DNA of 64,000 nucleotides, from IMG/VR virus record IMGVR_UViG_3300044738_000005, positions 1 through 64,000 of that record; one strand, given 5' to 3'. Below are positions 51,398 to 59,983 of the stretch, piece by piece. How positions within the stretch are numbered: the stretch's first letter is position 1; each line of letters begins with the position of its first letter. The stretch is from a virus. Taxonomy: Duplodnaviria; Caudoviricetes. The notes beneath the pieces were generated by a model, which did not search any database, was not told where the DNA came from, and saw nothing but the letters and a program-made list of their open reading frames with translations. The translations under genes were made by a program, and so were the position numbers.

Positions 51398-51879
51398 GCT
51401 TCCAGCACCCGCTTGCGGAGCGCCTGCAGGAGGGGGTTCGTGCGCGTCGGGTAGATGTCGTCCTCGTGGTTCTCGTAGAGGAACTGGATCACGTTGAGGC
51501 AGTAGTCCTTGGGCATGCGGGAGATCAGCAGGACGTTGCCTTCGCGGTCCACCCAGAGCGCGCCCTGGCGCGTCACCCAGTCCTGCCAGCCGCCGCTGCG
51601 ATAGACACGGCGCTGGATGATGGGGTCGGCCGTGATCGTGTTGGCGGTGATAGTCGCCGTCTGGATGCGGGCGAAGTCCACGGACCCGAAGTCGCTGATG
51701 CCCCGCCTCGGCGGGAAGTAGGCCGCCGACTCGTTCATCATGCGCTTGACGGTCGGCAGGTCGATTTCGACCGTATGACGCTGGATTGCTGGACGCAGCG
51801 CAGGCGTCACATCGAGGCGCGTTCCGCCGTTGGTCAGGAGAAGCTGGGCCGGGTAGCCGAAGATGTGGGTGGGGGTCAT
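51394..51879 (-). CDS. Hypothetical protein (MTPTHIFG...)
   Basis: AAAGGACCCCC RBS. Confidence 0.75.
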   Translation of the reverse strand: MTPTHIFGYPAQLLLTNGGTRLDVTPALRPAIQRHTVEIDLPTVKRMMNESAAYFPPRRGISDFGSVDFARIQTATITANTITADPIIQRRVYRSGGWQDWVTRQGALWVDREGNVLLISRMPKDYCLNVIQFLYENHEDDIYPTRTNPLLQALRKRVLEA

Positions 51880-51905
51880 GGGGGTCCTTTCGTAGATGAT
51901 GGGAT

Positions 51906-51934
51906 GGGAGGGAGGGCTTGTGGCCCTCCCTCCC
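51906..51934. terminator. 12-bp hairpin
   Basis: GGGAGGGAGGGC-TTGTG-GCCCTCCCTCCC. Confidence 0.65.
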
Positions 51935-51964
51935 GGCTTCCGCCTTCGTGGGCGGAAGGACCGA

Positions 51965-52774
51965 TCAGACGGCCGCGCCGCCAGCCGCGTCCGGGGCCTC
52001 CCCGGCGGGCTTGTCGTCCACGTCGCCCGTGACACGGACGTTCGTGTTCGACCGGAGCACGGTGGCCAGACGGACGGCCTCCGCGCGCTCTTCCGGCGTG
52101 CTCTTGCGTCCCTGCTTGACGTTGAGGACGTAGTAGCGGTCGCCGGAGGCGTTCTGCTCCTGCGAAGTCGTGAGCGTGAACACGGAGTCCCAGAACTTGC
52201 CGCGCATGACGGCATCGAGGATCGTGTTCCACTTCTTCACGACGGCGTTGGCGTGCTTGTTCGTCTGGCGCACCGAGAGGCGCACCGGAACGTCCGAGCC
52301 GACGACGAAGCCGGTGTAGTTCGCCGTGGTCTGGATGGGCGGGCCGGAGCCCCACTCCTGCTGCCCGGCGTTGACGCGCTCGCTGTACTTCTCCTGCGCG
52401 TCGGGGTGCTCGGAGAACGGCTCGCCGAAGTGCGGGTCCTGGGGCCACGGGCAGATCGGGCCATCGGCCACGAGCGTACGTGAGTCGCGGTCCTTCTTGT
52501 CGGCGGGCTTGAAGCGGCCCTTGGACTTCCCGGCGACGATGAACTCGATCTCGTCACCGAAGGACTCACCGGTCAGGGCGAGCACGAAGTCGCCCGGCGA
52601 AGCGAGGCCATCCGAGACCTCCTGCGTGAGCGGCTGCGCAACCTTCAGCAGCGGGATGGTGAACTCGTCGGGGTTGGCCTCGGCCTGGTTGGCCTGGATC
52701 AGCGCCTCTTCCTCGGGGGAAAGAGCGGCGACCTCTGCCTCGTCGCGCGTGGCGACCTCGGTGTTCTTGGTCAT
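51965..52774 (-). CDS. Putative ssDNA-binding protein
   Basis: IPLLKVAQ..T...PGDF pattern; acidic tail; replication context; AGGAGG RBS. Confidence 0.5.
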   Translation of the reverse strand: MTKNTEVATRDEAEVAALSPEEEALIQANQAEANPDEFTIPLLKVAQPLTQEVSDGLASPGDFVLALTGESFGDEIEFIVAGKSKGRFKPADKKDRDSRTLVADGPICPWPQDPHFGEPFSEHPDAQEKYSERVNAGQQEWGSGPPIQTTANYTGFVVGSDVPVRLSVRQTNKHANAVVKKWNTILDAVMRGKFWDSVFTLTTSQEQNASGDRYYVLNVKQGRKSTPEERAEAVRLATVLRSNTNVRVTGDVDDKPAGEAPDAAGGAAV

Positions 52775-52810
52775 AGGGGGTACCTCCTGTTGGTGATTCC
52801 GATACCAGAG

Positions 52811-52819
52811 ACTATAGCA
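52811..52819 (-). promoter_or_regulatory. Extended -10 TGC-TATAGT
   Basis: Intergenic, upstream of the SSB-like gene. Confidence 0.6.
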
Positions 52820-52859
52820 GCCTCGGAGTCTCGGGTGGTGGTCAAGTGCTTGTCAGGTC

Positions 52860-53276
52860 CTAGTAGCCGAGCGCCTTGACGGCCTCGGCGATGCCACAGA
52901 ACAGCGGCGTGGGCAGGTTCTCGGGGTCGAACCACTCCCACGGCCCCTGCTTGTCAGGCTCGGTGTTGCGCGGCGTCTGCCTCTTCGCGTTGCACGAGTA
53001 GTAGACCGTGACGAAGTGCACCCCGTGATCGCGGTACACGTCGTAGGTCCACGTGTCGAGCTTCTCAAGGTCATAGGCGACCAGGCCGGTCTCTTCGTAT
53101 AGCTCGCGGACGGCCGTGTAGCCGGGGTCCTCGCCTGGGTCCGGCTTGCCGCCGGGCAGGCCCCACTCGCCCTTGCCGTGCTTGTCGGCCAGGCGCTCGC
53201 AGAGCAGCACGTCGCCGTCCTCGTTGAACACGAAGATGCCGACGCCGATGTTGACTCGTTCCTCTAGTGATGCCAT
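52860..53276 (-). CDS. Nudix (MutT-like) hydrolase
   Basis: GGKPDPGEDPGYTAVRELYEETG Nudix box. Confidence 0.93.
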   Translation of the reverse strand: MASLEERVNIGVGIFVFNEDGDVLLCERLADKHGKGEWGLPGGKPDPGEDPGYTAVRELYEETGLVAYDLEKLDTWTYDVYRDHGVHFVTVYYSCNAKRQTPRNTEPDKQGPWEWFDPENLPTPLFCGIAEAVKALGY

Positions 53277-53290
53277 GGGGGCTCCCTTCG

Positions 53291-53743
53291 TCAGATGCCT
53301 GAGATCGACACGAACTTACGCTCATGGTAGTCGATCCCGTCCGGCAGGTCGTTGCCCTGCTCAAGCTCGTTACGCACGAACTCGTTGAGGCGGCGGTCGC
53401 TGATCTTCGGCTCGGTCATTTCATCGACCATGGCCCGTTCCTCGAACACATCGAGGGCCTGGTTGCGGTCGAGAACGCGGCCGTAGATCGTGGACTTCTT
53501 CTGGAACGAGATCGTCCCAAGCTCGCCGCCGAAGTTGAAAGTGATGCGACCCTTCTGCCCGCTCTCTTCCAGCATGGCGATGATCTCGGCCTCGGTCTGG
53601 CGGTACTGCCGCTCGGCGGCCTTCTTGGCCAGGTCGGCCTGGTCGCGGGCGCGGCGGTCCTCCGCCAACTGGCGCAGCTTGTTCTTGAGCGGGTCGGCCG
53701 CGTTGTCCTCTGGTGCGTCGAAGTCGTCCTCGTGATCTGTCAT
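53291..53743 (-). CDS. Conserved-looking phage protein with an N-terminal coiled coil
   Basis: AAAGGAG RBS; ATGA overlap. Confidence 0.75.
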   Translation of the reverse strand: MTDHEDDFDAPEDNAADPLKNKLRQLAEDRRARDQADLAKKAAERQYRQTEAEIIAMLEESGQKGRITFNFGGELGTISFQKKSTIYGRVLDRNQALDVFEERAMVDEMTEPKISDRRLNEFVRNELEQGNDLPDGIDYHERKFVSISGI

Positions 53744-55665
53744 GCGGGCTCCTTTCGCTCGCGCTCGGTGGTCTCTACGTGGTCCTGCTGGATGACCTCG
53801 GACACGATCATCTTCTTGACCGCGTTGGTCGGCGACACCTTGGACGTGTCCACGGTGTCCTCGGCCTCGATGATCAGGATGGTGACGCGGTTCTCCTGGC
53901 CGTTGCGCCAGAGCCGGTCCTCGGCCTGCTCGTTGCGGGCCGGGGTCCAGTGGCGCTCCAAGAAGATCGCCGTGTCGGCGGCCGTGAGCGTCAGGCCCTC
54001 GCCCATCGCCTCGATGGTGCCCACCAGCACGTCGATCTCGCCCGCCTGGAAGGCGTCCTCTAGCTTCGTGCGCTCGTCAGAGGCCACGTCGCCGTAGAAG
54101 GCCTTGGCCGTCAGGCCCTTCTTGGTCAGCCGCTCCACGAGCACGTCACACGTGCCGACGAAGGCGGAGTAGACGATGAACTGCTTGGGCTGCGCGTCGA
54201 GGATGATCTCGGCGGCCGCGTCGAGCTTGGCGGAGTTGTCGTCCGCCCCAAGCAGCGCAGGCGTCGAAGCGATCTGCCGCTGGCGTACCGTCCGGGTCGC
54301 GCCGTTGGGCAGGTTGACGACGGCGACGCCGCGAGCGGCCGCTTCCGCGAAGGCCTTGGCCTCCTTGTCGCCCTCCTTGATCGCCTGCTCGACTTCCAGC
54401 CACATCTTCTTCTCGGCCTCGTCGTAGAGCTTGCGCTGCTTGGGTCCCAGCTTGACCGGGATGATCTCGCGGACCTTCGGCGGCAGGTTGAGCTTGTCGC
54501 CCTTCGTCCGGCGGATCAGCCGCTTGGCGAGCAGGGTACGCAGTTCGTCCGGGTGCTTGACGCCCGTGACGATCTTGTTGTTGTTGTAGCCCTCGTAGTG
54601 GTCCACGTACCGCTTGAAGAACGGCCAGTAGGCCAGCTTGGGCGTGCCGTCCTTGATGACGACGCCCTTCTTGATCGTCGGGCGGATCGACGTGCCGAAC
54701 TCTTCCGGGTACAGCCAGTGGAGCACCGGCCAGAGTTCGTCCGGGGAGTTCATCAGCGGCGTGCCGGAGAGCGCCTGCTTCATCGGCATGTGCTTCACGT
54801 CCACGTCCTCAGGCTTGTCTGGGCCGGGCGCGATCTTCCAGAGCCCGCGCGTCTGCAGCGACTTGCGCGACTTGCAGCGGTGAACCTCGTCGGCGATCAC
54901 GGCCACCCAGGGCGTGGTCTCGAACAGCGGTTCCTTCATCACGTCGCGCTGTGCGGTGCGAGTCTCCTTGCGGGTCTTGCCGTTCGGGAGCGTGGTGATG
55001 TGCTCCTTCTCGTACTCTTCGACCTTGACCCTGATCTGCTCGTAATTGACGATGACCCAGCCGTCGCGCTTGATGATCTCTTCGATCTGCGCGTGGCGCT
55101 TGGCCGGAGTCGGGGCGTCGATGATCTTCAGCGGGGTGTCCTCGCCGAGCCACTTGCGAAGCTCGCGTGCCCAGACGCCCTTGACGGAGTTCGGGCAGAT
55201 CACGAGCTTAGGACCTTCAGGCAGGTCACCGTTGATCCGGGCCTCCGCGATGGCGGAGATCGCCTGGAAGGACTTGCCCAGGCCCATGTCGTCGGCGAGG
55301 ATCAGCCGCTTGTGCTCGGCCGCCCACGCCACGTAGGCGCGCTGGAAGTCGTAGAGCGTGTCGGCCCAGGGAACGCGCACGTCCGCGTCGTTCGGAATGG
55401 GCGTGATCAACTCCGCCTGCTTCTCGGCCTTGGCCTTGCGAATCCAGGCGGTGACCTCGGCGTTGGCGTTCGGCCGCACGGACAGCATGACCTTCTCGGC
55501 CTGCTGCGGGTCGGCCGGGAACACCCAGGCCTTCTTGTCGCCGTCGTAGCTGCGGCCGGAGAGCGAGCGCGCGATGGAGAGGCCGCGCTGGAAGTCCGGG
55601 CCGGGCATGCCCGACAGGGATAGTTCCAGCATGGTCTTGTCCTCGTTGAACTTGAGGGAAGGCAT
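53740..55665 (-). CDS. SNF2/SF2 helicase with an N-terminal HARP-like segment
   Basis: ADDMGLGKS, DEVH, LSGTPLMN, GEGLTLT, QAEDRLWR. Confidence 0.95.
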   Translation of the reverse strand: MPSLKFNEDKTMLELSLSGMPGPDFQRGLSIARSLSGRSYDGDKKAWVFPADPQQAEKVMLSVRPNANAEVTAWIRKAKAEKQAELITPIPNDADVRVPWADTLYDFQRAYVAWAAEHKRLILADDMGLGKSFQAISAIAEARINGDLPEGPKLVICPNSVKGVWARELRKWLGEDTPLKIIDAPTPAKRHAQIEEIIKRDGWVIVNYEQIRVKVEEYEKEHITTLPNGKTRKETRTAQRDVMKEPLFETTPWVAVIADEVHRCKSRKSLQTRGLWKIAPGPDKPEDVDVKHMPMKQALSGTPLMNSPDELWPVLHWLYPEEFGTSIRPTIKKGVVIKDGTPKLAYWPFFKRYVDHYEGYNNNKIVTGVKHPDELRTLLAKRLIRRTKGDKLNLPPKVREIIPVKLGPKQRKLYDEAEKKMWLEVEQAIKEGDKEAKAFAEAAARGVAVVNLPNGATRTVRQRQIASTPALLGADDNSAKLDAAAEIILDAQPKQFIVYSAFVGTCDVLVERLTKKGLTAKAFYGDVASDERTKLEDAFQAGEIDVLVGTIEAMGEGLTLTAADTAIFLERHWTPARNEQAEDRLWRNGQENRVTILIIEAEDTVDTSKVSPTNAVKKMIVSEVIQQDHVETTERERKEPA

Positions 55666-56066
55666 CAGCGGTAGTCCTCCGTGTTGAGGATGGTGTCGAT
55701 GTTCACGGGACGGTAGTTCGGCCCCTTCAGGACCTTGCCATCGTCGCGGTAGACGGGCTTGCCGTCGTCGCCGAGCTTGGACATGTTCGACTCGTGGACG
55801 CGCGAGAACGCCAGGTCGAGGTCGATGCCGAACTCGTGCGCGCAGCCGTAGGCGACGTAGAGCAGGTCGGATAGCTCCTTGGCGAGAGCGTGGATGTCGC
55901 CTCCGCCTCGGTGGAGCAGCTTCAGTTCCTCGTCGGCCTCGCCCCACTCTTCACCGAGAAGCTCCCGGCGGAGCCGGATGCGGTCGTTGGGCGGGACCTC
56001 AGGGCTCCCCAGAACGGGGAGCCCGAAGGCCTCATGGAACTGCTTGACGGCTTCCTGCGGCGTCAT
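55665..56066 (-). CDS. MazG-like all-alpha NTP pyrophosphohydrolase (PRA-PH-like)
   Basis: FHEAFG, EEWGE, KELSDLLYV, VHESNMSK, GKVLKG. Confidence 0.9.
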   Translation of the reverse strand: MTPQEAVKQFHEAFGLPVLGSPEVPPNDRIRLRRELLGEEWGEADEELKLLHRGGGDIHALAKELSDLLYVAYGCAHEFGIDLDLAFSRVHESNMSKLGDDGKPVYRDDGKVLKGPNYRPVNIDTILNTEDYR

Positions 56067-56260
56067 AGAATGCGCGGCGGACGCTTCCTGTCGGCCGCCA
56101 GGCCTGCGATCAGGGCGACGAGCAGCCACTTGAACAGCGAGCCGACCGTGCCCCAGACGAGCGCGAGGATGCCCACGAGAGTCTGACCGGGGAACCAGCC
56201 GTCGCCCGCTATCAGCACGATCCCGGCAGCGATGAACAGGAAGGCCCAGGGGAGTCGCAT
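56063..56260 (-). CDS. Small membrane protein
   Basis: Hydrophobic helices; coupled. Confidence 0.7.
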   Translation of the reverse strand: MRLPWAFLFIAAGIVLIAGDGWFPGQTLVGILALVWGTVGSLFKWLLVALIAGLAADRKRPPRIL

Positions 56261-56261
56261 G

Positions 56262-56456
56262 TCAGTCCCCCGCGATGGTGGAGAGCGCGCCAACGATCAG
56301 CGCGAACGCCGACAGGACAGCGATGATCACGACGCAGACCAGCGAGAGGGCCTGGACGATCTCGGCGAACTTGCCGAAGCCATCACCCTCAGGGGCCTTG
56401 GTAGCGAGGTCGGTGGACACGAGGTAGGCGACGAGTGGGGCGAAGAACTCGCTCAC
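56262..56456 (-). CDS. Small membrane protein
   Basis: GTGA overlap; hydrophobic. Confidence 0.65.
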   Translation of the reverse strand: MSEFFAPLVAYLVSTDLATKAPEGDGFGKFAEIVQALSLVCVVIIAVLSAFALIVGALSTIAGD

Positions 56457-56650
56457 GAGAAGAACCCCCCACCGATGCGGTCGAAGCTGCGCTTGACCTT
56501 GGACGCGACGTACACGGTCCAGAGGACCTGCGCGAGGATCAGCACGCCGCCGAGCACGGTCAGGACGAGCCCGACCTTGTTCTCGCCGTCGAACCACGAC
56601 ACGCCGTTGAGCAGGAACACGAGTCCTGGGATCAGCAGTAGGAGGCCCAT
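56453..56650 (-). CDS. Small two-TM membrane protein
   Basis: TGATG overlap. Confidence 0.7.
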   Translation of the reverse strand: MGLLLLIPGLVFLLNGVSWFDGENKVGLVLTVLGGVLILAQVLWTVYVASKVKRSFDRIGGGFFS

Positions 56651-56844
56651 CAGCTTGTGATCTCCACAGCCGCGAAGTCCCGCAGGATGACCGTGCGGTG
56701 GCCCTGCTCGTCCGAGTGTCCGAGGTTGAGCACCGACCCGTAGGACTCGTTGTTGACGACGGACACGTGATCGACCTCAGTGAAATCGACCTTGGTGCCG
56801 TTGGTCGTGATGACCGACACGTCCACGAGGTTGTCGAGGATCAT
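56650..56844 (-). CDS. Small beta-rich hypothetical protein
   Basis: Coupled ORF. Confidence 0.7.
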   Translation of the reverse strand: MILDNLVDVSVITTNGTKVDFTEVDHVSVVNNESYGSVLNLGHSDEQGHRTVILRDFAAVEITS

Positions 56845-57140
56845 GCGGCCACCGCCTGAGCGCGCTTCGCCTGGCGGGCGAGCCTACGGGCGACGATGCG
56901 GCCCTCGGGGGTGAGGTTCCAGATGGTCGCGCGGCGGCCGGACTTCGCGCGCTTGATGCCGACCGCGTGCAGCAGCCCCTTGAGGCCGAGTTCGTGGCGG
57001 CGCGTGCGGATGCCTGACGAGGACATGTCCACGTCCTCGACGTGGTGGACGTAGACCGCGAGGGCCACGTCGTCCATGGCTCCGAAGGCGCGGAACGCCC
57101 GGAGTACGGCCTTCTGGCCGTCAGTGAGGTTGGGGGTCAT
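56841..57140 (-). CDS. Winged-HTH-like DNA-binding protein
   Basis: SSSGIRTRRHEL...G.L...SGR.ATIW; AGGAGG RBS. Confidence 0.65.
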   Translation of the reverse strand: MTPNLTDGQKAVLRAFRAFGAMDDVALAVYVHHVEDVDMSSSGIRTRRHELGLKGLLHAVGIKRAKSGRRATIWNLTPEGRIVARRLARQAKRAQAVAA

Positions 57141-57246
57141 GGGGTTCCTCCTGTGTTGTTGGATGATGCGCTGCCGACCGGGCCTACACGCGGCGGACTC
57201 GTTGGTCCGTTTCCGCCCAACCCGACCTTTCCTCGGCCAGTCGGCT
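57141..57246 (-). ncRNA. Candidate structured 5' leader RNA
   Basis: Closing stem GCCGACUGG/CCGGUCGGC with internal hairpins, downstream of the TGC-TATACT promoter. Confidence 0.4.
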
Positions 57247-57252
57247 CCACCA

Positions 57253-57261
57253 AGTATAGCA
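57253..57261 (-). promoter_or_regulatory. Extended -10 TGC-TATACT heading the replication operon
   Basis: Adjacent to the right inverted repeat. Confidence 0.7.
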
Positions 57262-57273
57262 TCCGGCTCGAAT

Positions 57274-57395
57274 GGGGCAGACGAGCCACCTTACCTGGCC
57301 CCCTCTATAGGGGCCAGGAAAGTAAGGTGCTCGCAGCCGCGCCGTAGAGCCGAATCTGAAAGTACATTCGTCCCACTTGACTGCCGGCAGAACAG
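57274..57395 (-). repeat. ~122-bp dispersed inverted repeat, right copy
   Basis: Reverse complement of 12526-12646, ~96% identical. Confidence 0.97.
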
Positions 57396-57397
57396 CC

Positions 57398-57715
57398 TCA
57401 TGTGGCCTTCTTCGGGTCGAATGCGGCGGCCTGCTTGACGGGCGCTAGAGCGCCGCGCGACAGCGCCGTCCTGTCGGAGGCATCCTGAAGGCGACGGAAG
57501 GCGGGCGTCTGCTCCCACGCTGCCACGTCGGGCTGGCCGCCCAGGTCGATCTGGCGGGATAGCTCCGCGTTGCGCGCGAGCACGCAGGCGGTCTTGAGAA
57601 CGCGCTGCGCGGCGGCCAGGGCGTCGATGGCCGCCTGGACGGCGACCTCTGCCGCTTCGTAGGGGGTCCCGTCCGCCTCGGAGGCGTCGGGGATCAGGAT
57701 GATCTCGTCAGGCAT
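57398..57715 (-). CDS. Ala-rich helical hypothetical protein
   Basis: GAAGGGAG RBS. Confidence 0.75.
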   Translation of the reverse strand: MPDEIILIPDASEADGTPYEAAEVAVQAAIDALAAAQRVLKTACVLARNAELSRQIDLGGQPDVAAWEQTPAFRRLQDASDRTALSRGALAPVKQAAAFDPKKAT

Positions 57716-57746
57716 GGATAGCTCCCTTCAGTGGCGGGCTTACGTC

Positions 57747-57807
57747 TAATCTGGGGTACATGGTAGCCCCTGCTCCCCACCGACGCAACCCGCATGTACG
57801 CGCATGA
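57747..57807 (+). promoter_or_regulatory. -10 TAATCT plus a 15-aa leaderless uORF (57760-57807) coupled to the cassette
   Basis: TANNNT 7 nt before ATG; its stop overlaps ATG 57804 (ATGA). Confidence 0.5.
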
Positions 57808-57977
57808 AGGACTGGCCCCTTCGGCGCGACGTGGTGCTCTTCGTGGGCGGCCTGCTGGGGGTGCTTCACGAGACAGTCGGATCGCACTCCGAGCGTCCGA
57901 CCCTGCTCATTCTCTTCGCGGCCATGATGGGCCTGCCTGCATTCCTGCAGAAGTCTGAGGGTGGTGACGACAAGTGA
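57804..57977 (+). CDS. 57-aa two-TM protein (holin-like)
   Basis: [12 protein letters not shown] and [12 protein letters not shown]. Confidence 0.65.
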   Translation: MKDWPLRRDVVLFVGGLLGVLHETVGSHSERPTLLILFAAMMGLPAFLQKSEGGDDK

Positions 57978-58099
57978 CCATTCCCCTTCTTCGACGCCTG
58001 ACGAACGCCCGTGCCTGGGTTGACGGACATCCGCTCCTGCTCCCCTACATCGCCTTCGTGACCACGCTGATCCTCGTGGTAGAGTTGATCCGTCTATGA
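57974..58099 (+). CDS. 41-aa single-TM peptide
   Basis: GTGA and ATGA overlaps. Confidence 0.6.
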   Translation: MTIPLLRRLTNARAWVDGHPLLLPYIAFVTTLILVVELIRL

Positions 58100-58437
58100 T
58101 GGACCGATTCCCCTTCCTGGCGCGGTACGGCGCGGCACTCGCGTTCGCGGTGCTGGCGTTCTTCGGCGGCTGGGCGATCAAGACAGCGGGCGATGCCAAC
58201 GACCTCAAGATGCGAGACTCCCAGGTCTCCGGTTGCGTACGGACGAACGTGCTGCGCTCGACGCTGGCGGATTTCCTTGCCAGCGCGGCAAAGGCCCGAC
58301 GCGACGAAGGCAACGAGGCGGTCGCTGTCTCGTACGAACAGCAGCGCCTCCGCCTGGTCCGAGCGGTCCACCCCCAGTCCGACGATCCATACGGGCCAGT
58401 GGTAGTGAACTGCGACCGCGCGTTCCCGAAGCCATGA
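58096..58437 (+). CDS. N-terminal TM, helical protein with two Cys
   Basis: TM followed by GCVRTN...NCD. Confidence 0.75.
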   Translation: MMDRFPFLARYGAALAFAVLAFFGGWAIKTAGDANDLKMRDSQVSGCVRTNVLRSTLADFLASAAKARRDEGNEAVAVSYEQQRLRLVRAVHPQSDDPYGPVVVNCDRAFPKP

Positions 58438-58844
58438 GGCAGTTCATCCGTGAGCGCAAGGAGGTCGGCACCGCCCAGGCCGCCAAGAACTTCGTCAATC
58501 GGCGGCATCTGCCGCTGCTTGGCTACCTGCTGCTGGCTGGGGCCTCGGCCTACTCGGTAGGCGCGGTGCGTCACGAGGCAACGACGCGGCGCGGCGACCT
58601 CCGGCAGGCGGCCGTGCAGGTCGTGCGTGACGGCTGCAAGCGTGACAACCAGACCCGCGCGCTGCTGCGCGGCATCCTGAAGTCCAGCATCCCGACGACC
58701 CAGCAGTTCGTCAGGGAGGGCACCCTGACGCAGGCCCAGGCCGACCGCTCCATCGAGGCCACCAAGGTCTCCCTCAAGCGGCTGCACGGCATCGACTGCG
58801 ACAAGGCTGCGGAGCGGTTCAATGCGCTGGCGCGAGGCGACTAA
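58434..58844 (+). CDS. TM, helical protein with two Cys (likely paralog of the previous gene)
   Basis: TM followed by GCKRDN...DCD. Confidence 0.75.
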   Translation: MRQFIRERKEVGTAQAAKNFVNRRHLPLLGYLLLAGASAYSVGAVRHEATTRRGDLRQAAVQVVRDGCKRDNQTRALLRGILKSSIPTTQQFVREGTLTQAQADRSIEATKVSLKRLHGIDCDKAAERFNALARGD

Positions 58845-59292
58845 CCGCCGCCGCCTGCAGATCGCGGCGTACCTCTTCGTCACGGCGATGGCCATGATCG
58901 CCGCCGCCTCGATCTCAGCCAACCGCGTCGTGGAGCGCGTCGAGCCGCGCATCGAGAGGATCGAAGGCCTCGTAGGGCCAGCAGGACCCACAGGGCTCTC
59001 AGGAACTGCCGGCAAGACGGGAGGCCCTGGGACCCTAGGAGAACGCGGAAGGCCGGGAGAAGCCGGGGAACCGGGCTCTGACGGCGCTCCTGGCGTGCGT
59101 GGCCTACCTGGGGTTCCTGGCGGACGAGGACTACCCGGCGCACCTGGCCCTCGCGGTCCACAAGGAGCACGTGGCCCGGCGGGACCCAGGGGTGTACCCG
59201 GACCTGCAGGCCCGCCAGGTCCGCCGGGCGATCCCGGCGCGACCGTTGCGCAGGTCTTGGCGGCACTCTGCGCACGCTCACCTGTCTGCTAG
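58822..59292 (+). CDS. Membrane-anchored collagen-like protein
   Basis: TM, G-X-Y tract, C-terminal CARSPVC. Confidence 0.85.
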   Translation: MRWREATNRRRLQIAAYLFVTAMAMIAAASISANRVVERVEPRIERIEGLVGPAGPTGLSGTAGKTGGPGTLGERGRPGEAGEPGSDGAPGVRGLPGVPGGRGLPGAPGPRGPQGARGPAGPRGVPGPAGPPGPPGDPGATVAQVLAALCARSPVC

Positions 59293-59454
59293 CCAGATGT
59301 AGACCAGCGTGAGGCCGAGGATCAGGCCCACGAGGCTGCCGAGCGCACCGAGCAGCGAGGGCGAAGCTCCGGCTGACTGCGCCGCCAGGCCGACGAGGAC
59401 CGCCCCGACGACCAGCAAGATGCTGGCGACGAGGCGGCCCACGAAGGAGGTCAT
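59278..59454 (-). CDS. 58-aa two-TM protein
   Basis: ATGA overlap; hydrophobic. Confidence 0.65.
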   Translation of the reverse strand: MTSFVGRLVASILLVVGAVLVGLAAQSAGASPSLLGALGSLVGLILGLTLVYIWLADR

Positions 59455-59723
59455 CGGTAGGTGCTGCGCCCGGCCCGCTCGACCCCGGCGTGTAGCAGCG
59501 CGTCGAACACGTAGCCGCTGACTCGCTTGAAGTCATCGGCCGTGTGGAGGCCGATGGACGAGTAGTCCCAGCGGCCCACGTCTGCCTTGATGGCAGCAGC
59601 GGACTTGTCTCCGACGTGCCCTACGAGAGCCCGAAGCTGCTGGGCTTCCTCGTAGGACATGTCGAGCACGACGCGCTTGGGCGGCGGCGGAGCCGGGTCA
59701 GCGCGCTCGACCGTCGCCTTCAT
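59451..59723 (-). CDS. Hypothetical protein
   Basis: Coupled ORF. Confidence 0.7.
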   Translation of the reverse strand: MKATVERADPAPPPPKRVVLDMSYEEAQQLRALVGHVGDKSAAAIKADVGRWDYSSIGLHTADDFKRVSGYVFDALLHAGVERAGRSTYR

Positions 59724-59983
59724 CAGGCGAGCCCCGCGAACATGAGCCCGACGCCGTACACCAGCACCGTGAGGGACACCGGCAGGAACACGAGCACGAG
59801 GGCGCGAACGCTCCCGCTGCGCGATTCCAGCTTGAGGTCCACGGCCTCGGAGGCCAGCATCACCAGCAGCGCGAGAGCGCCCCGCTGGAACTGCGTCCCG
59901 CCGAACGTCCCGAGGGCGACAAGCGCCGCCAGGACGAACAGCGGGATAGCTGCCAGATTGAGTGTGTAGACCGGCCTGCTCAC
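59723..59983 (-). CDS. Multi-TM small membrane protein
   Basis: Three hydrophobic segments. Confidence 0.7.
   Translation of the reverse strand: MSRPVYTLNLAAIPLFVLAALVALGTFGGTQFQRGALALLVMLASEAVDLKLESRSGSVRALVLVFLPVSLTVLVYGVGLMFAGLA

Noticed and set aside
44225-56066. 2-aminoadenine (Z) genome system (HD + MazG + PolA)
   Set aside because: No PurZ/PurA-like gene in the window, and the HD and MazG proteins look like generic phage families. The unseen part of the genome should be checked.
12526-57395. Inversion between the repeats as the cause of the displaced terminase and lysis cassette
   Set aside because: Flipping the whole segment does not bring terminase next to portal or the TM cassette next to the endolysin.
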